This document shows, piece after piece, positions 1 through 9,913 of a stretch of DNA of 64,000 bases (position 1 is the stretch's first letter; the number at the start of each line of letters is the position of its first letter). This stretch comes from an uncultured Aliarcobacter sp. Lineage in GTDB: Bacteria; Campylobacterota; Campylobacteria; Campylobacterales; Arcobacteraceae. The stretch spans positions 2,400,001 to 2,464,000 of the forward strand of contig OY781945.1 of assembly GCA_963677435.1 (NCBI GenBank), written 5' to 3'. Below the pieces are notes generated by a model. The model did no database searches and was not told the DNA's origin. It saw only the letters and a program-made list of their open reading frames with translations. A program made the translations under genes and the position numbers.

Positions 1-213
1 ATAAAAAATGAAGGAATAGAAATTGCTGATACAAAGGCAATTTTCAATGCCTATTATCAACAAAAGAATAAAAATATAGGTTTTGGATTAGGTTTGAGTA
101 TTGTAAAAGAAATTTGTGATAAATATGAAATAGAAATCCGTGTAAGTTCTCTAGACAATCAAACATCTTTTACTTATATTTTTCCAGAAACTCTAATTTG
201 CAAGGAAAATTGA
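1..213 (+). CDS. Sensor histidine kinase, C-terminal fragment (5' truncated by the window)
   Basis: Frame 1 reads IKNEGIEI...NIGFGLGLSIVKEICDKY...TSFTYIFPETLICKEN* (G2 box GxGLGL). The TGA stop overlaps the ATG of the response regulator. Not in the ORF track. Confidence 0.88.
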   Translation: MKNEGIEIADTKAIFNAYYQQKNKNIGFGLGLSIVKEICDKYEIEIRVSSLDNQTSFTYIFPETLICKEN

Positions 214-875
214 TGAAAATATTTTTACTAGAAGATGATTTTGCTTTAAATAAAATCATAAAACTATCTTTGCAAAATAGAGGTTTTTTTGTGGATAGTT
301 TTACCGATGGTTATAAGGCTGTTGATGCCATATTAAATAGCAAACATGATTTATATATTTTGGATTTAAATGTTTTGGGATTTGATGGACATAAGGTTTT
401 AGAGTTTATTAGAAAAGATGATTTAAATGTTCCTATTATAATGATTAGTGCTGAAATTGATATTGAAAATATAAAAAAATCTTACACTTTAGGATGTAAT
501 GATTACATAAAAAAACCTTTTGATTTTGAAGAGTTATTTTTGAGAATTCAATACCATTTAAGTCATATAAAAAAAGATGAAAATAGTGATTTTTTAATAG
601 ATTTAGGTTATGACTTTTCCTTTAATCTACTTGAGCAAACTTTACATAAATCAAAACATGAAATAGAACTAACAAGTAAAGAAAAACTGCTTTTAAGTTT
701 GCTCGTAAAAAATATAAATAACACTGTTACAAATGAGATGATTCACGAATATGTTTGGGATAGTAAAGAAATGGAAGCTGTAAGCATGAGAACCATAGTT
801 CATAAACTAAAGAAAAAACTAAAAAATGGAATGATTATAAACCAAAGAGCTGTTGGTTATAAACTTATCAAATAG
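213..875 (+). CDS. OmpR-family response regulator
   Basis: Receiver domain (LLEDD, ILDLNV, ISA, DYIKKPF) plus winged helix (LTSKE...VW...LKKKL...GYKL). ATG at 213 is coupled to the kinase stop (TGATG). Confidence 0.92.
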   Translation: MKIFLLEDDFALNKIIKLSLQNRGFFVDSFTDGYKAVDAILNSKHDLYILDLNVLGFDGHKVLEFIRKDDLNVPIIMISAEIDIENIKKSYTLGCNDYIKKPFDFEELFLRIQYHLSHIKKDENSDFLIDLGYDFSFNLLEQTLHKSKHEIELTSKEKLLLSLLVKNINNTVTNEMIHEYVWDSKEMEAVSMRTIVHKLKKKLKNGMIINQRAVGYKLIK

Positions 876-974
876 CAAGAGATACTAAACTTAAAAAAAT
901 TATTTAAGCAACTATTTAGTAGATAAGATATATAAATTAGCTTAAATTTTAAATATTACACCTAAGGCTTTTAA

Positions 975-1733
975 ATGGATTTAACCGTAATTATAGGTAT
1001 GTTAGGGGCAATAGCATCAATTTCAATTGGTGATTTAATGGAAGGTGGAAATCCTATTCATATTATTCACTTAACATCGATACTTATTGTTATACCAACT
1101 GCAATGTTTGCAGCTGCTACTGCTACAGATTCAAAAGCTCTTTCTGCTGCTTTTAAAGAGTTAAAAATAGTTTTTAAAAAATCACCTGTTGATTTTGAAG
1201 ATCGAATTGATGAACTTGTTAGTTATGCAATTACAGTTAAAAAACATGGTGTATTAGCTTTAGAAAAAGAGCTTCAAACAATAGAAGATGAATTTTTAAA
1301 AGAAGCATTAAGTATGGTTGTAGATGGCTCAAAAGAGGAACAAATAGAAGAATCTTTAGATGCAATCATTGAAGAGACTGAACATTATTATCACAGTGCA
1401 TCACATTATTGGTTATTAGCTGGAGAAACTTGCCCTGTTATGGGATTGGTTGGTGCAGTACTTGGATTGATTCTTGCTTTACAAAAGCTAGATAATCCAG
1501 CTGAAATGGCAGCTGGAATAGCAGGAGCATTTACAGCAACAGTAACAGGAATTTCAGGAGCATACTTATTTTTAGGACCTTGGGGAAATAAAATGAAAGC
1601 AAAAGCTCACATTTTAATAAAAGAAAAATTAATTATATTAGCTGCTACAAAAGGTATGGCAAGGGGCGATGCACCAGGAGAGTTAAAATTAAAATTAACT
1701 AAGATGATAACTGCAATGCCGACAAAAGCTTAA
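975..1733 (+). CDS. motA: Flagellar motor stator protein MotA
   Basis: MDLTVIIG start, GVLALE, PVMGLVGAVLGLI, IAGAFTATVTGI; directly upstream of motB. Confidence 0.95.
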   Translation: MDLTVIIGMLGAIASISIGDLMEGGNPIHIIHLTSILIVIPTAMFAAATATDSKALSAAFKELKIVFKKSPVDFEDRIDELVSYAITVKKHGVLALEKELQTIEDEFLKEALSMVVDGSKEEQIEESLDAIIEETEHYYHSASHYWLLAGETCPVMGLVGAVLGLILALQKLDNPAEMAAGIAGAFTATVTGISGAYLFLGPWGNKMKAKAHILIKEKLIILAATKGMARGDAPGELKLKLTKMITAMPTKA

Positions 1734-1735
1734 TT

Positions 1736-2479
1736 ATGGCTAGAAAACGATCAAAATGTGAATGCCCAGCTGGAGAAAAATGGGCTGTTCCTTATGCAGA
1801 CTTTCTTAGTTTGTTATTAGCTTTATTTATTGCACTTTATGCTTTAGCCTCTGTAAATGTAGAAAAACAAAAAGCATTAAAAGAAGAATTTATGAAAATT
1901 TATGGATTTAATCCTGCTGCTGACACTATGAAAGAACAAGAACAAACAGAGAAATCAATGACTGATAAACAAACAGATGGTGATGTAGAATCTAAAAAAA
2001 CATCTGATGCAAATGCTCTTGCTTCTTTAGATAATTTAGAAAATAAAAATGCTCAAGGCGGAGATTTAGTTGAGAGAAAAGTTGGAACAACTATGTCAAT
2101 CCCTCCCCAATTAGTATTTGAAAGTGGTAAAGCAGAACTTACAAGTCAATATGCACCTGAATTTTTAAGTAGATTAGCAAAAATAATCTCTTCAATGCCA
2201 AGAGATACACAAATCAATGTAAAGGGTTTTGCTGATAATGAAGAAGTAAAAGGAACTAAATATCAAGATGCTTTAGAATTATCAACACAAAGAGCAAATA
2301 ATGTAGTTAGAGATTTGATTAAATATAATATAGCAAGTGATAGAATTTATTCAACAGGATATGGTTCTACAAAAGCATATCAAATGAGAGAAAAAAAAGT
2401 TGTTGAATTTGAATTTACAAGTCAAAATCCTATTCAACAAAATGAAGTGGATCAATCAGTATTCGATAATGAAAAGTAA
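1736..2479 (+). CDS. motB: Flagellar motor stator protein MotB
   Basis: WAVPYADFLSLLLALFIALYA TM with the conserved Asp; OmpA-like C-terminus (ELSTQRANNV). Confidence 0.95.
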   Translation: MARKRSKCECPAGEKWAVPYADFLSLLLALFIALYALASVNVEKQKALKEEFMKIYGFNPAADTMKEQEQTEKSMTDKQTDGDVESKKTSDANALASLDNLENKNAQGGDLVERKVGTTMSIPPQLVFESGKAELTSQYAPEFLSRLAKIISSMPRDTQINVKGFADNEEVKGTKYQDALELSTQRANNVVRDLIKYNIASDRIYSTGYGSTKAYQMREKKVVEFEFTSQNPIQQNEVDQSVFDNEK

Positions 2480-2870
2480 TAAAAAAAGAGTTTTATGGTC
2501 AATTTCAAATTGTTGCCTAAAAAAAGTAATTGATTTAGATATTATAACGAAATATGGTTCTATAACAACTATTTCAATTATTCTTTTATCTCAAATAGTA
2601 AATATTATAGAAGGTAATAATATTAGAATGTCTCTTTTTTCTATGTTTATAAATATCTTTTTTTTAGTAGTAATTCTTAATAAATTAGAAATCTTAAAAC
2701 TTATAATTTTTCAAGAACAAATGAATAGTATACTTAAACTTATTATTTTTATTTTTATGTTAAATTTCTTTGCATATTTAATTTCAGATGTGCCAATTCA
2801 TAACTATTTTTTTGCACCAGTGAGTTTTTTGGGTACTTATTTTATTTTTGTTTTATTAAAAACTAAATAA
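2469..2870 (+). CDS. Hypothetical membrane protein (about 4 TM)
   Basis: ATG at 2469 overlaps the motB end; four hydrophobic stretches. Confidence 0.55.
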   Translation: MKSNKKRVLWSISNCCLKKVIDLDIITKYGSITTISIILLSQIVNIIEGNNIRMSLFSMFINIFFLVVILNKLEILKLIIFQEQMNSILKLIIFIFMLNFFAYLISDVPIHNYFFAPVSFLGTYFIFVLLKTK

Positions 2871-2875
2871 AAAAT

Positions 2876-3133
2876 TCATCCACCTAATTTTTTACCTACT
2901 TCTTTTAGTGCTTTTATTCTTTCTTCTCTTTTATCCAAAGAATCATTTATTTTTTTGATTTTTTCATCGGTGAGTTCTTCTGATGATTTTTTATAATTCT
3001 TAAGAGAATCATCATTTTTAAAATCATCAAAGTTAAAATTTATAATATTAGCAAAAAATAAAGCCATTAAAATCAAGACTAAACTAACTAGAACTATTAA
3101 CAATTTTATTAAAATATTGAAATAATTGTTCAT
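2876..3133 (-). CDS. Small hypothetical membrane-anchored coiled-coil protein
   Basis: N-terminal TM, charged C-terminus, SD-like AAGG upstream. Confidence 0.65.
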   Translation of the reverse strand: MNNYFNILIKLLIVLVSLVLILMALFFANIINFNFDDFKNDDSLKNYKKSSEELTDEKIKKINDSLDKREERIKALKEVGKKLGG

Positions 3134-3156
3134 TAGTTTACCTTGAAATTAACTAT

Positions 3157-3852
3157 TTATTTAATACTTCCTAATTTGTGAATATTTGAAAGGGAAATTA
3201 AATGAGCTGTGATTAATGCATAAGCATTTTTTGAACAAATATCATCTTTTTTCTTTTTACTTAAGTGTTTTAATTTCTCTTCATTTACGATAAAAAATCC
3301 ATTTAAACTAAATTTTTCATTTTTACTATTAACAACATTAGCAACTTTTTCTTCTAATAATTCCCACTCATCTAATTGTTTAATAAACTCCGTAGTTGAT
3401 AAAGAATCAGCATAATATTGATTTAAAAATTTCAAAACATTATTTAAGTATTCACTATTATTACCATCTTCATCAAATAGTTTTGTTGAAGATGCTTTTT
3501 CATTTAAATATGAACTCTCAACTGTTAAAAGTAACTCTTTTGAAGACTCTTTGTTTGATAAAATAAAAGGATAACTTCTAATAAATGCAGGAATATAATG
3601 CAACTCTTTCCAAGCACCTTTTTCATCTACAAATAGATTTTCATTCTCTTTGTAACCTAAAAGAACTGAAGAAAACCACTTGCCATCTTTATCTTTTGCA
3701 AAAAATATAGGATAATTTTTACAAGCTTCAAAAAATTCTGATAATGCAACAGGTGCATTTATTAGTTCTTTTGAATAAAGAAAATCTGTAACTTCAGATA
3801 CACTTTTATTTTTATGTTCGATTTTATTTAATATTTCTAGCTTTTTATGCAC
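3157..3852 (-). CDS. SapC family protein
   Basis: EFFEACKNYPIFF...LLG...ENLFV...YIPAFIRSYPF...LITAHLISL pattern typical of the SapC family. Confidence 0.85.
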   Translation of the reverse strand: MHKKLEILNKIEHKNKSVSEVTDFLYSKELINAPVALSEFFEACKNYPIFFAKDKDGKWFSSVLLGYKENENLFVDEKGAWKELHYIPAFIRSYPFILSNKESSKELLLTVESSYLNEKASSTKLFDEDGNNSEYLNNVLKFLNQYYADSLSTTEFIKQLDEWELLEEKVANVVNSKNEKFSLNGFFIVNEEKLKHLSKKKKDDICSKNAYALITAHLISLSNIHKLGSIK

Positions 3853-3930
3853 ATTTTACCTTTTTTTATTTTATTTCTATTCTATCAAATTATTATAAAA
3901 ATAATTAAAAGTATTTATATAAATTTGAGG

Positions 3931-4850
3931 GAAAGCTTAAAAGCTTTCCCACTCATTATCATTTGAAGTTTGAGGTTTTATCTCATGTTTTTTTGTTGTA
4001 GTTTTTGAAATTGGCGATTTTTCTCTTTTTATATCTTGTTTTATCTCTTTTTGATGTCTATTAGTTTTTACATCTTTTGCTTTTACTTCATTTTTTCCTA
4101 CAAACTCTTTTGCATTTGCATCACTTACTATTAGTTTTGCTATTTCATCTGTCAACACTGCCACATCATGTGTTTGTGATGCTACTGCTGCATTTTGTTG
4201 TGTTTGTTGATCTAATTGATTTACTGCATCATTAATTTGTTCTATTCCTGTTAATTGCTCTTTACTTGACATCTCAATATCAGAAATTAGATTTATTGTT
4301 TGTTGAATATTTTGATTTAACTCTTTATATCCACTTATCATATTATTAGCTATATCTTTCCCTTGATTCGCTTTTTTTGTTGCATTTTCAACTATTGTTT
4401 TTATCTCTTTCGCTGCTTCTGCTGAACGAGAAGCTAAGTTTCTCACTTCTGCTGCAACTACTGCAAATCCTTTCCCTGCTTCTCCAGCAGTTGCTGCTTC
4501 TACGGCTGCATTTAGTGAAAGAATATTTGTTTGGAAAGCAATTTGATCAATAACTGTAATTGAATCATTTATTAGATTTACTTGTGTATTTATCTCATCC
4601 ATTGATTGAGTTGTTTGATTTGCAAGTCTTTCACCCTCTGAGGCTGAAGCTGTTACTCCATTTGAAAATGTCGCCATTTTTGCTATATTTTGTGTGTTAT
4701 TTCTGATATTTGATGTTATCTCTTCAATTGCTGCTGCTGTTTCTTCTAAAGATGCTGCTGCTTCATTTGAACTAACATTTAGCTTATCTACATTTGCTAA
4801 AAGTATATTTGAACTTTCATCTAATGTTAATCCATTTGTTTTATTCTCTA
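3931..4850. repeat. Direct repeat copy 1: MCP signalling domain and 3' end (copy 2 at about 6484-7390)
   Basis: Identical blocks, e.g. 3931-3974 = 6484-6527 (44 nt) and 4101-4152 = 6642-6693 (52 nt); outer boundary approximate. Confidence 0.85.
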
Positions 4851-6342
4851 TTAACATTTGGGTAATAATATCCGCTAGATTATTTATCCCAATAGCAATA
4901 GTACCTTTGTCATCAATTCTTCCTATAAAATCAAGTTTTGCAAAATTATCTAATACATGTGTAACTTTATTTATATCTTCACCAACACTATTTTTTGTTG
5001 TCTCTAACATTTCATTAAATGTATTTTTCAACTCTTCAAGATTTGTATTATCTGTGCTTTTTTCTATTCTTTTATCAAATTTTCCATTTTTCACTTCATT
5101 TACAACTCTTTTTACATCTTCTATTAGATTATTATCTTGAATTATTAAATTTTCTGTTTTTTTGATATTTTCATTTATCATTTTTGACATATCACCAAAT
5201 TCATCAGAAGAATTAATATTTATAAGTTGTGCATTTTTATTTTCTTTATTTAAATAAGAGAAAAAATTCAATAAACCATCTCTCATAGTAGTCAAATTTT
5301 TATTTAAAATTTTCATACTATAAACTAATACAAGAATAATTATTAACAATACGATTAAACCACAACCAATAGAAAAGTTTTGAATAAATGTTGCTTTTTC
5401 TAAATATTCATTTTCAGGAACAGTTGCTATAAAAGACCAATATGTTTTTGTTTCACCAAATTCAAAAGGATATGAATAAGAGTATGAACTTTCACCATTT
5501 CTTAAATTTTTACCAATATAAGAATAAGATTCACCTTTTTTATTTATTTCCAAAGATTTTAAAATATTTTCATCCTTTGTAATATCTTTTATACTTTTCC
5601 CTAAATTCTCTTTGTTTGGATGGCTTATTATTTTCCCATAAGAATCAATAATAGTTCCATAACCTGATTTGAATAATTTGATTTCATTAGTTTTTTTGTT
5701 AAAGTAATCAAGTGAAAAATCCACTCCAACTGCTCCAATAAACTTACCTTTATAATAAACAGGAGAAGAAACTGTTGTCATAAGAATAGTTTTTCCATCA
5801 ACATCATAATTGTAAGGTTGCGTTATTGAAATACCTTTATTTTTGTATGGAAGATTTATCCATTCTGATTCTAAAGTAAAGGCTGAGGCTGGTTGAATTG
5901 TAAAAGTTCCATCTGTATTTCTTACTACATAGGGCTGAAAATTACCCACTTTTGTATAATAATTAGGATTACCTGTACCATCATTTTTTTCATAAAGATT
6001 AGTTCCATCTTCAAAAGTAAACCAAGCACCTAAAATAAATTTATTTTCTTCAAGAAGAGATTTAAAGTATTTTATTGTTCCTTCTTTTGAAAGTTTTTCA
6101 TCATGTTCAATTGCACTTGTATATCTATTTGAAATAGAATTTGAAATTACAATTGCTTTATCTAAAGTATTTCTTATTTCTAAAGAATTTTTTTGTGCTA
6201 ATTCATTTATATAACTTTGCGCATCATCTCTTGAATTTGTATAAGAATATGAAGAAATGATATATATCATTAAACTCAGAGAAACTACACTTGTAGAAAC
6301 TAAAATTAACAATAATTTAGTTCCAAAATTAAATCTTTTCAT
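3937..6342 (-). CDS. Methyl-accepting chemotaxis protein, dCache-type sensor
   Basis: TM, dCache ([19 protein letters not shown]...GAVGVD), TM, HAMP, MA domain ([30 protein letters not shown]); C-terminal pentapeptide EWESF. Confidence 0.95.
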   Translation of the reverse strand: MKRFNFGTKLLLILVSTSVVSLSLMIYIISSYSYTNSRDDAQSYINELAQKNSLEIRNTLDKAIVISNSISNRYTSAIEHDEKLSKEGTIKYFKSLLEENKFILGAWFTFEDGTNLYEKNDGTGNPNYYTKVGNFQPYVVRNTDGTFTIQPASAFTLESEWINLPYKNKGISITQPYNYDVDGKTILMTTVSSPVYYKGKFIGAVGVDFSLDYFNKKTNEIKLFKSGYGTIIDSYGKIISHPNKENLGKSIKDITKDENILKSLEINKKGESYSYIGKNLRNGESSYSYSYPFEFGETKTYWSFIATVPENEYLEKATFIQNFSIGCGLIVLLIIILVLVYSMKILNKNLTTMRDGLLNFFSYLNKENKNAQLININSSDEFGDMSKMINENIKKTENLIIQDNNLIEDVKRVVNEVKNGKFDKRIEKSTDNTNLEELKNTFNEMLETTKNSVGEDINKVTHVLDNFAKLDFIGRIDDKGTIAIGINNLADIITQMLIENKTNGLTLDESSNILLANVDKLNVSSNEAAASLEETAAAIEEITSNIRNNTQNIAKMATFSNGVTASASEGERLANQTTQSMDEINTQVNLINDSITVIDQIAFQTNILSLNAAVEAATAGEAGKGFAVVAAEVRNLASRSAEAAKEIKTIVENATKKANQGKDIANNMISGYKELNQNIQQTINLISDIEMSSKEQLTGIEQINDAVNQLDQQTQQNAAVASQTHDVAVLTDEIAKLIVSDANAKEFVGKNEVKAKDVKTNRHQKEIKQDIKREKSPISKTTTKKHEIKPQTSNDNEWESF

Positions 6343-6483
6343 TAATTACCCCTTTTTATCTTATAAATATTTTTAAATTTCCTAATAGTATCATTTTATT
6401 TAAATAAATCACTTTTTAAATATATAATTTTTAAACAGGTGTAAAGATTATTCTATAGTTGCATTTTATTTAAATATAAAGGA

Positions 6484-7390
6484 GAAAGCTTAAAAGCTTT
6501 CCCACTCATTATCATTTGAAGTTTGAGATTTTATCTCTTTTTTATGGCTTGAAATTTTTGAAATTGGCGATTTTTCTCTTTTTATCTCTCTTTGATGCTT
6601 ATTTGTTTTTACATCTTTTGCTTTTACATCATTTTTTCCTGCAAACTCTTTTGCATTTGCATCACTTACTATTAGTTTTGCTATTTCATCTGTTAGTACT
6701 GCTACATCATGTGTTTGTGATGCTACCATAGCATTTTGTTGTGTTTGTTGATCTAATTGATTTACAGCATCATTAATTTGTTCAATTCCTAGTAACTGCT
6801 CTTTTGACGCATTTTGTATATCTTGAATTAGATTTATAGTATGAGTGATATTTCCATTTAATTGTTTATATCCTTCTATCATATTTCCAGCTATTTTTTT
6901 ACCATCATTTGCTTTTACTGTTGCTGTTTCTACGATTGATTTAATCTCTTTCGCGGCTTCTGCTGACCTTGAAGCTAGGTTTCTCACTTCTGATGCAACT
7001 ACTGCGAATCCTTTCCCTGCTTCTCCTGCAGTTGCTGCTTCTACGGCTGCATTTAAAGAAAGAATATTTGTTTGGAATGCTATTTGGTCAATTACTGTTA
7101 TTGCTTCATTTATCAAGTTTACTTGATTATTTATTTCATCCATTGAAATCGTTGTTTGATTTGCCAGTTTTTCACCTTGATTTGCTGAAGCGGTTACTTC
7201 ATTTGAAAGAATTGCCATTTTTGAAATATTCTCTGTATTATTTCTAATATTTGAAGTGATTTCTTCTATTGCTGCTGCTGTCTCTTCTAAAGATGCTGCT
7301 GCTTCATTTGAACTCATATTTAATTTATCTACATTTGCAAGTAAAATATTTGAGCTTTCATCTAATGTTAGACCATTTGTTTTACTTTCT
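6484..7390. repeat. Direct repeat copy 2: MCP signalling domain and 3' end
   Basis: See copy 1; boundary approximate. Confidence 0.85.
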
Positions 7391-8496
7391 ACTAACATTT
7401 GTGTCAATGTTTGTTGTAAAGTATTTAAACCATTTACCAAAGTTTCAAATACTCCACCTCGCTCATCATCTTTTTCCATTTTTAGAACAGGTCTAAAATC
7501 ATTTTTTGAATAAAAATTTAAAACATCATTTACATGGATAAATCTTTTTCTTGTATTTTCAATCATATTATTTACATTATTTTTAAACTCTTCCAACGAA
7601 GTATTCGCTGTTGATTTTTCTATAAATTGCGAATACCAACCATTATTTACTCTTGCCATTACCACTTTTGCATCATCAATTAAAAGATTATCATCTTCTA
7701 TTAATTTTTTTGTTTTTACAATATTTTCATTTATTACTCTTGCCATTTCCCCAAATTCATCTTTTGATTTAATATCTAAAAGAGTAACATCAAATTTTTC
7801 TTTATTTAAAAAAGAAAAGAAGTTTAATAATTCTGTTTTAACGATATTTAGTTTTCCAGTTATATCTAAAATAATCATGTAAGATAAAAGTAAAATGATT
7901 ATAAATGAAGCAATTATTGTAACAATAATTATAGTTTTACTTGTTGCATAGATATTTTCAGCTTTTTGAGTCTCTTCTTTTGCAACATCTAATTGAAGCG
8001 TAATTAAAGCAGAAATTTTTTCACCAATGGGATCAATTTTAGGATAAAGTTCATCAATAGTAATTTTTGCTATTAATTCTAAATTTTTATCTTTACATGC
8101 TTGTTTGATTTTTTTTACTACATTATCACCATCTACCATTAAATCTTTTATTTGATTAGATAATTCTTTTTCATCTTTTGTTAAAGAAGTAGCAAGATAT
8201 TTATTCCAATTAAGATTAATATTATCCTGTGCATTATTCATATTCGAGAGGCATGTATCAAAATTAAAATTACCATTTCTTGTTTTATGTGTTGTATCTA
8301 CAACATTTACAGCATATTCATCAGCAATAATTTTTAGCTGTTCTAAAGGAACTACTCTATCATTATAAACTCTTTCTAATCCTGCATTTACTTCTTTTAA
8401 CTGAACTATTCCTAAACTTCCTAAAATAATTATTCCTATTAAAGCAATAAACGAAAGTAGTGAAAGTTTTGATTTTGTTTTTAGATTCTGTAGCAT
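6490..8496 (-). CDS. Methyl-accepting chemotaxis protein, four-helix-bundle sensor
   Basis: [14 protein letters not shown] (4HB_MCP type), TM, HAMP, MA domain; ends EWESF. Confidence 0.95.
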   Translation of the reverse strand: MLQNLKTKSKLSLLSFIALIGIIILGSLGIVQLKEVNAGLERVYNDRVVPLEQLKIIADEYAVNVVDTTHKTRNGNFNFDTCLSNMNNAQDNINLNWNKYLATSLTKDEKELSNQIKDLMVDGDNVVKKIKQACKDKNLELIAKITIDELYPKIDPIGEKISALITLQLDVAKEETQKAENIYATSKTIIIVTIIASFIIILLLSYMIILDITGKLNIVKTELLNFFSFLNKEKFDVTLLDIKSKDEFGEMARVINENIVKTKKLIEDDNLLIDDAKVVMARVNNGWYSQFIEKSTANTSLEEFKNNVNNMIENTRKRFIHVNDVLNFYSKNDFRPVLKMEKDDERGGVFETLVNGLNTLQQTLTQMLVESKTNGLTLDESSNILLANVDKLNMSSNEAAASLEETAAAIEEITSNIRNNTENISKMAILSNEVTASANQGEKLANQTTISMDEINNQVNLINEAITVIDQIAFQTNILSLNAAVEAATAGEAGKGFAVVASEVRNLASRSAEAAKEIKSIVETATVKANDGKKIAGNMIEGYKQLNGNITHTINLIQDIQNASKEQLLGIEQINDAVNQLDQQTQQNAMVASQTHDVAVLTDEIAKLIVSDANAKEFAGKNDVKAKDVKTNKHQREIKREKSPISKISSHKKEIKSQTSNDNEWESF

Positions 8497-8734
8497 ATCT
8501 ACTCCTAAATATTTGTTATTTATTTATATAATTATAATAAAAAATAGTATCAAAATAATATCTTTTTAAAAACTAGAAATTAATAACGAACTTTATTTCA
8601 AATAAAAATAATCAAAGTATATATTATTGCTAAATAATTATTCTTTTGATAATTTAACATATTTACAATACAAGTTAATAATAAAATTAGATAAAATTAC
8701 TCTTATTTAAAATTAACTCAAATAAAGGAATAAT

Positions 8735-9280
8735 ATGATTAAGAAAATAGTACTTTCACTTTTACTAATTTTTAGTTTTATAAATGCAAAGGAAAATAAA
8801 ATGAGTATCTATGACTTTAATGTAAAAACAATAGATGGACAAGAAGTTTCGATGTCAAAGTACAAAGGAAAAGTTCTTTTGATTGTAAATGTTGCTAGTA
8901 AATGTGGATTTACAGGTCAATATGAAGGATTAGAAAATCTTTTTGATAAATACAAAAATGAAGATTTTATGGTTTTAGGATTTCCATCTAATCAATTTGC
9001 AAATCAAGAACCAGAATCAAATGAAAAAATCAAAGAGTTTTGTTCTTTAACTTATAAAGTAAAATTTGACATGTTTGCAAAAATAGATGTAAATGGTGAA
9101 AATGAATCTCCTTTATATACATTTTTAAAAGCTAATCAAAAAGGTATTTTAGGAACAGAAGCTATAAAATGGAATTTTACTAAGTTTTTAGTTGATAAAG
9201 AGGGAAATATTGTAGATAGATATGCAAGCACAACAACTCCTGAATCAATAGAAGCTGACATAAAAAAACTTTTAAAATAA
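8735..9280 (+). CDS. Glutathione peroxidase family protein (Cys-type) with possible signal peptide
   Basis: VNVASKCGFT, LGFPSNQF, KWNFTKFLVD motifs. Confidence 0.95.
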   Translation: MIKKIVLSLLLIFSFINAKENKMSIYDFNVKTIDGQEVSMSKYKGKVLLIVNVASKCGFTGQYEGLENLFDKYKNEDFMVLGFPSNQFANQEPESNEKIKEFCSLTYKVKFDMFAKIDVNGENESPLYTFLKANQKGILGTEAIKWNFTKFLVDKEGNIVDRYASTTTPESIEADIKKLLK

Positions 9281-9331
9281 GGTCTTACAATAGAAAATTT
9301 TATAAATAATATCCAAGAAGCAATATTTTAT

Positions 9332-9913
9332 ATGACTTCTTGGGAGATGGTAGCTGTTTTTTTATCAGTTACTTATCTTCTTTTAGCAATAAAACAAAAT
9401 CTTTGGTGTTGGCCTTCTGCTTTTTTAAGTACTTTAATTTATAGTATTTTATTTTTTGATGCTTCACTTTTAATGGATAGTGCATTAAATATTTTTTATT
9501 TAGTAATGGCTATTTATGGTTGGTATTCATGGAAATATGGAAATATTAAAAATCAAAATGTTGAGTTAGAAATATCAACTTATGGTTTAAAAAAGAATCT
9601 ACAAATAATTTTAGCACTGATAGTTCTTTCCTTAGTTTTAGGTTATATAATGGCAAATTATACAAGTGCAGATTATGCATATTTAGATACATTTACAACT
9701 GTATTTGCTGTATTTACAACTTATACACTTACAAAAAAAGTCTTAGAAAACTGGCTTTATTGGATTGTGATTGATAGTGTTTCCATTTATATTTACATAA
9801 ATAAAGGTTTTTATTTAACGGCTGTTTTATTTGCTTTATATACTATTTTAGCTTTTGTTGCCTACAATAACTGGAAAAAAGAGTACGAAAACCTTGAACT
9901 TAGAATCGCTTAA
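9332..9913 (+). CDS. pnuC: PnuC-family vitamin/nucleoside transporter (true start may be ATA at 9290)
   Basis: YGWYSW, LDTFTT, KKVLENWLYWIVID motifs; multiple TM helices. Confidence 0.88.
   Translation: MTSWEMVAVFLSVTYLLLAIKQNLWCWPSAFLSTLIYSILFFDASLLMDSALNIFYLVMAIYGWYSWKYGNIKNQNVELEISTYGLKKNLQIILALIVLSLVLGYIMANYTSADYAYLDTFTTVFAVFTTYTLTKKVLENWLYWIVIDSVSIYIYINKGFYLTAVLFALYTILAFVAYNNWKKEYENLELRIA

Noticed and set aside
4694..7513. Plus-strand ORFs antisense to the two MCP genes (4694-5140, 6516-6731, 6845-7126, 6969-7247, 7256-7513, 7269-7496)
   Set aside because: Shadow ORFs from the codon bias of the real genes; no SD or recognisable motifs
8890..8915. Possible selenocysteine in the glutathione peroxidase
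   Set aside because: The active-site codon is TGT (Cys); there is no in-frame TGA
8497..9331. TPP or other riboswitch upstream of the pnuC-kinase genes
   Set aside because: No conserved TPP aptamer segments seen by eye and the spacers are almost pure AT; an Infernal scan would settle it
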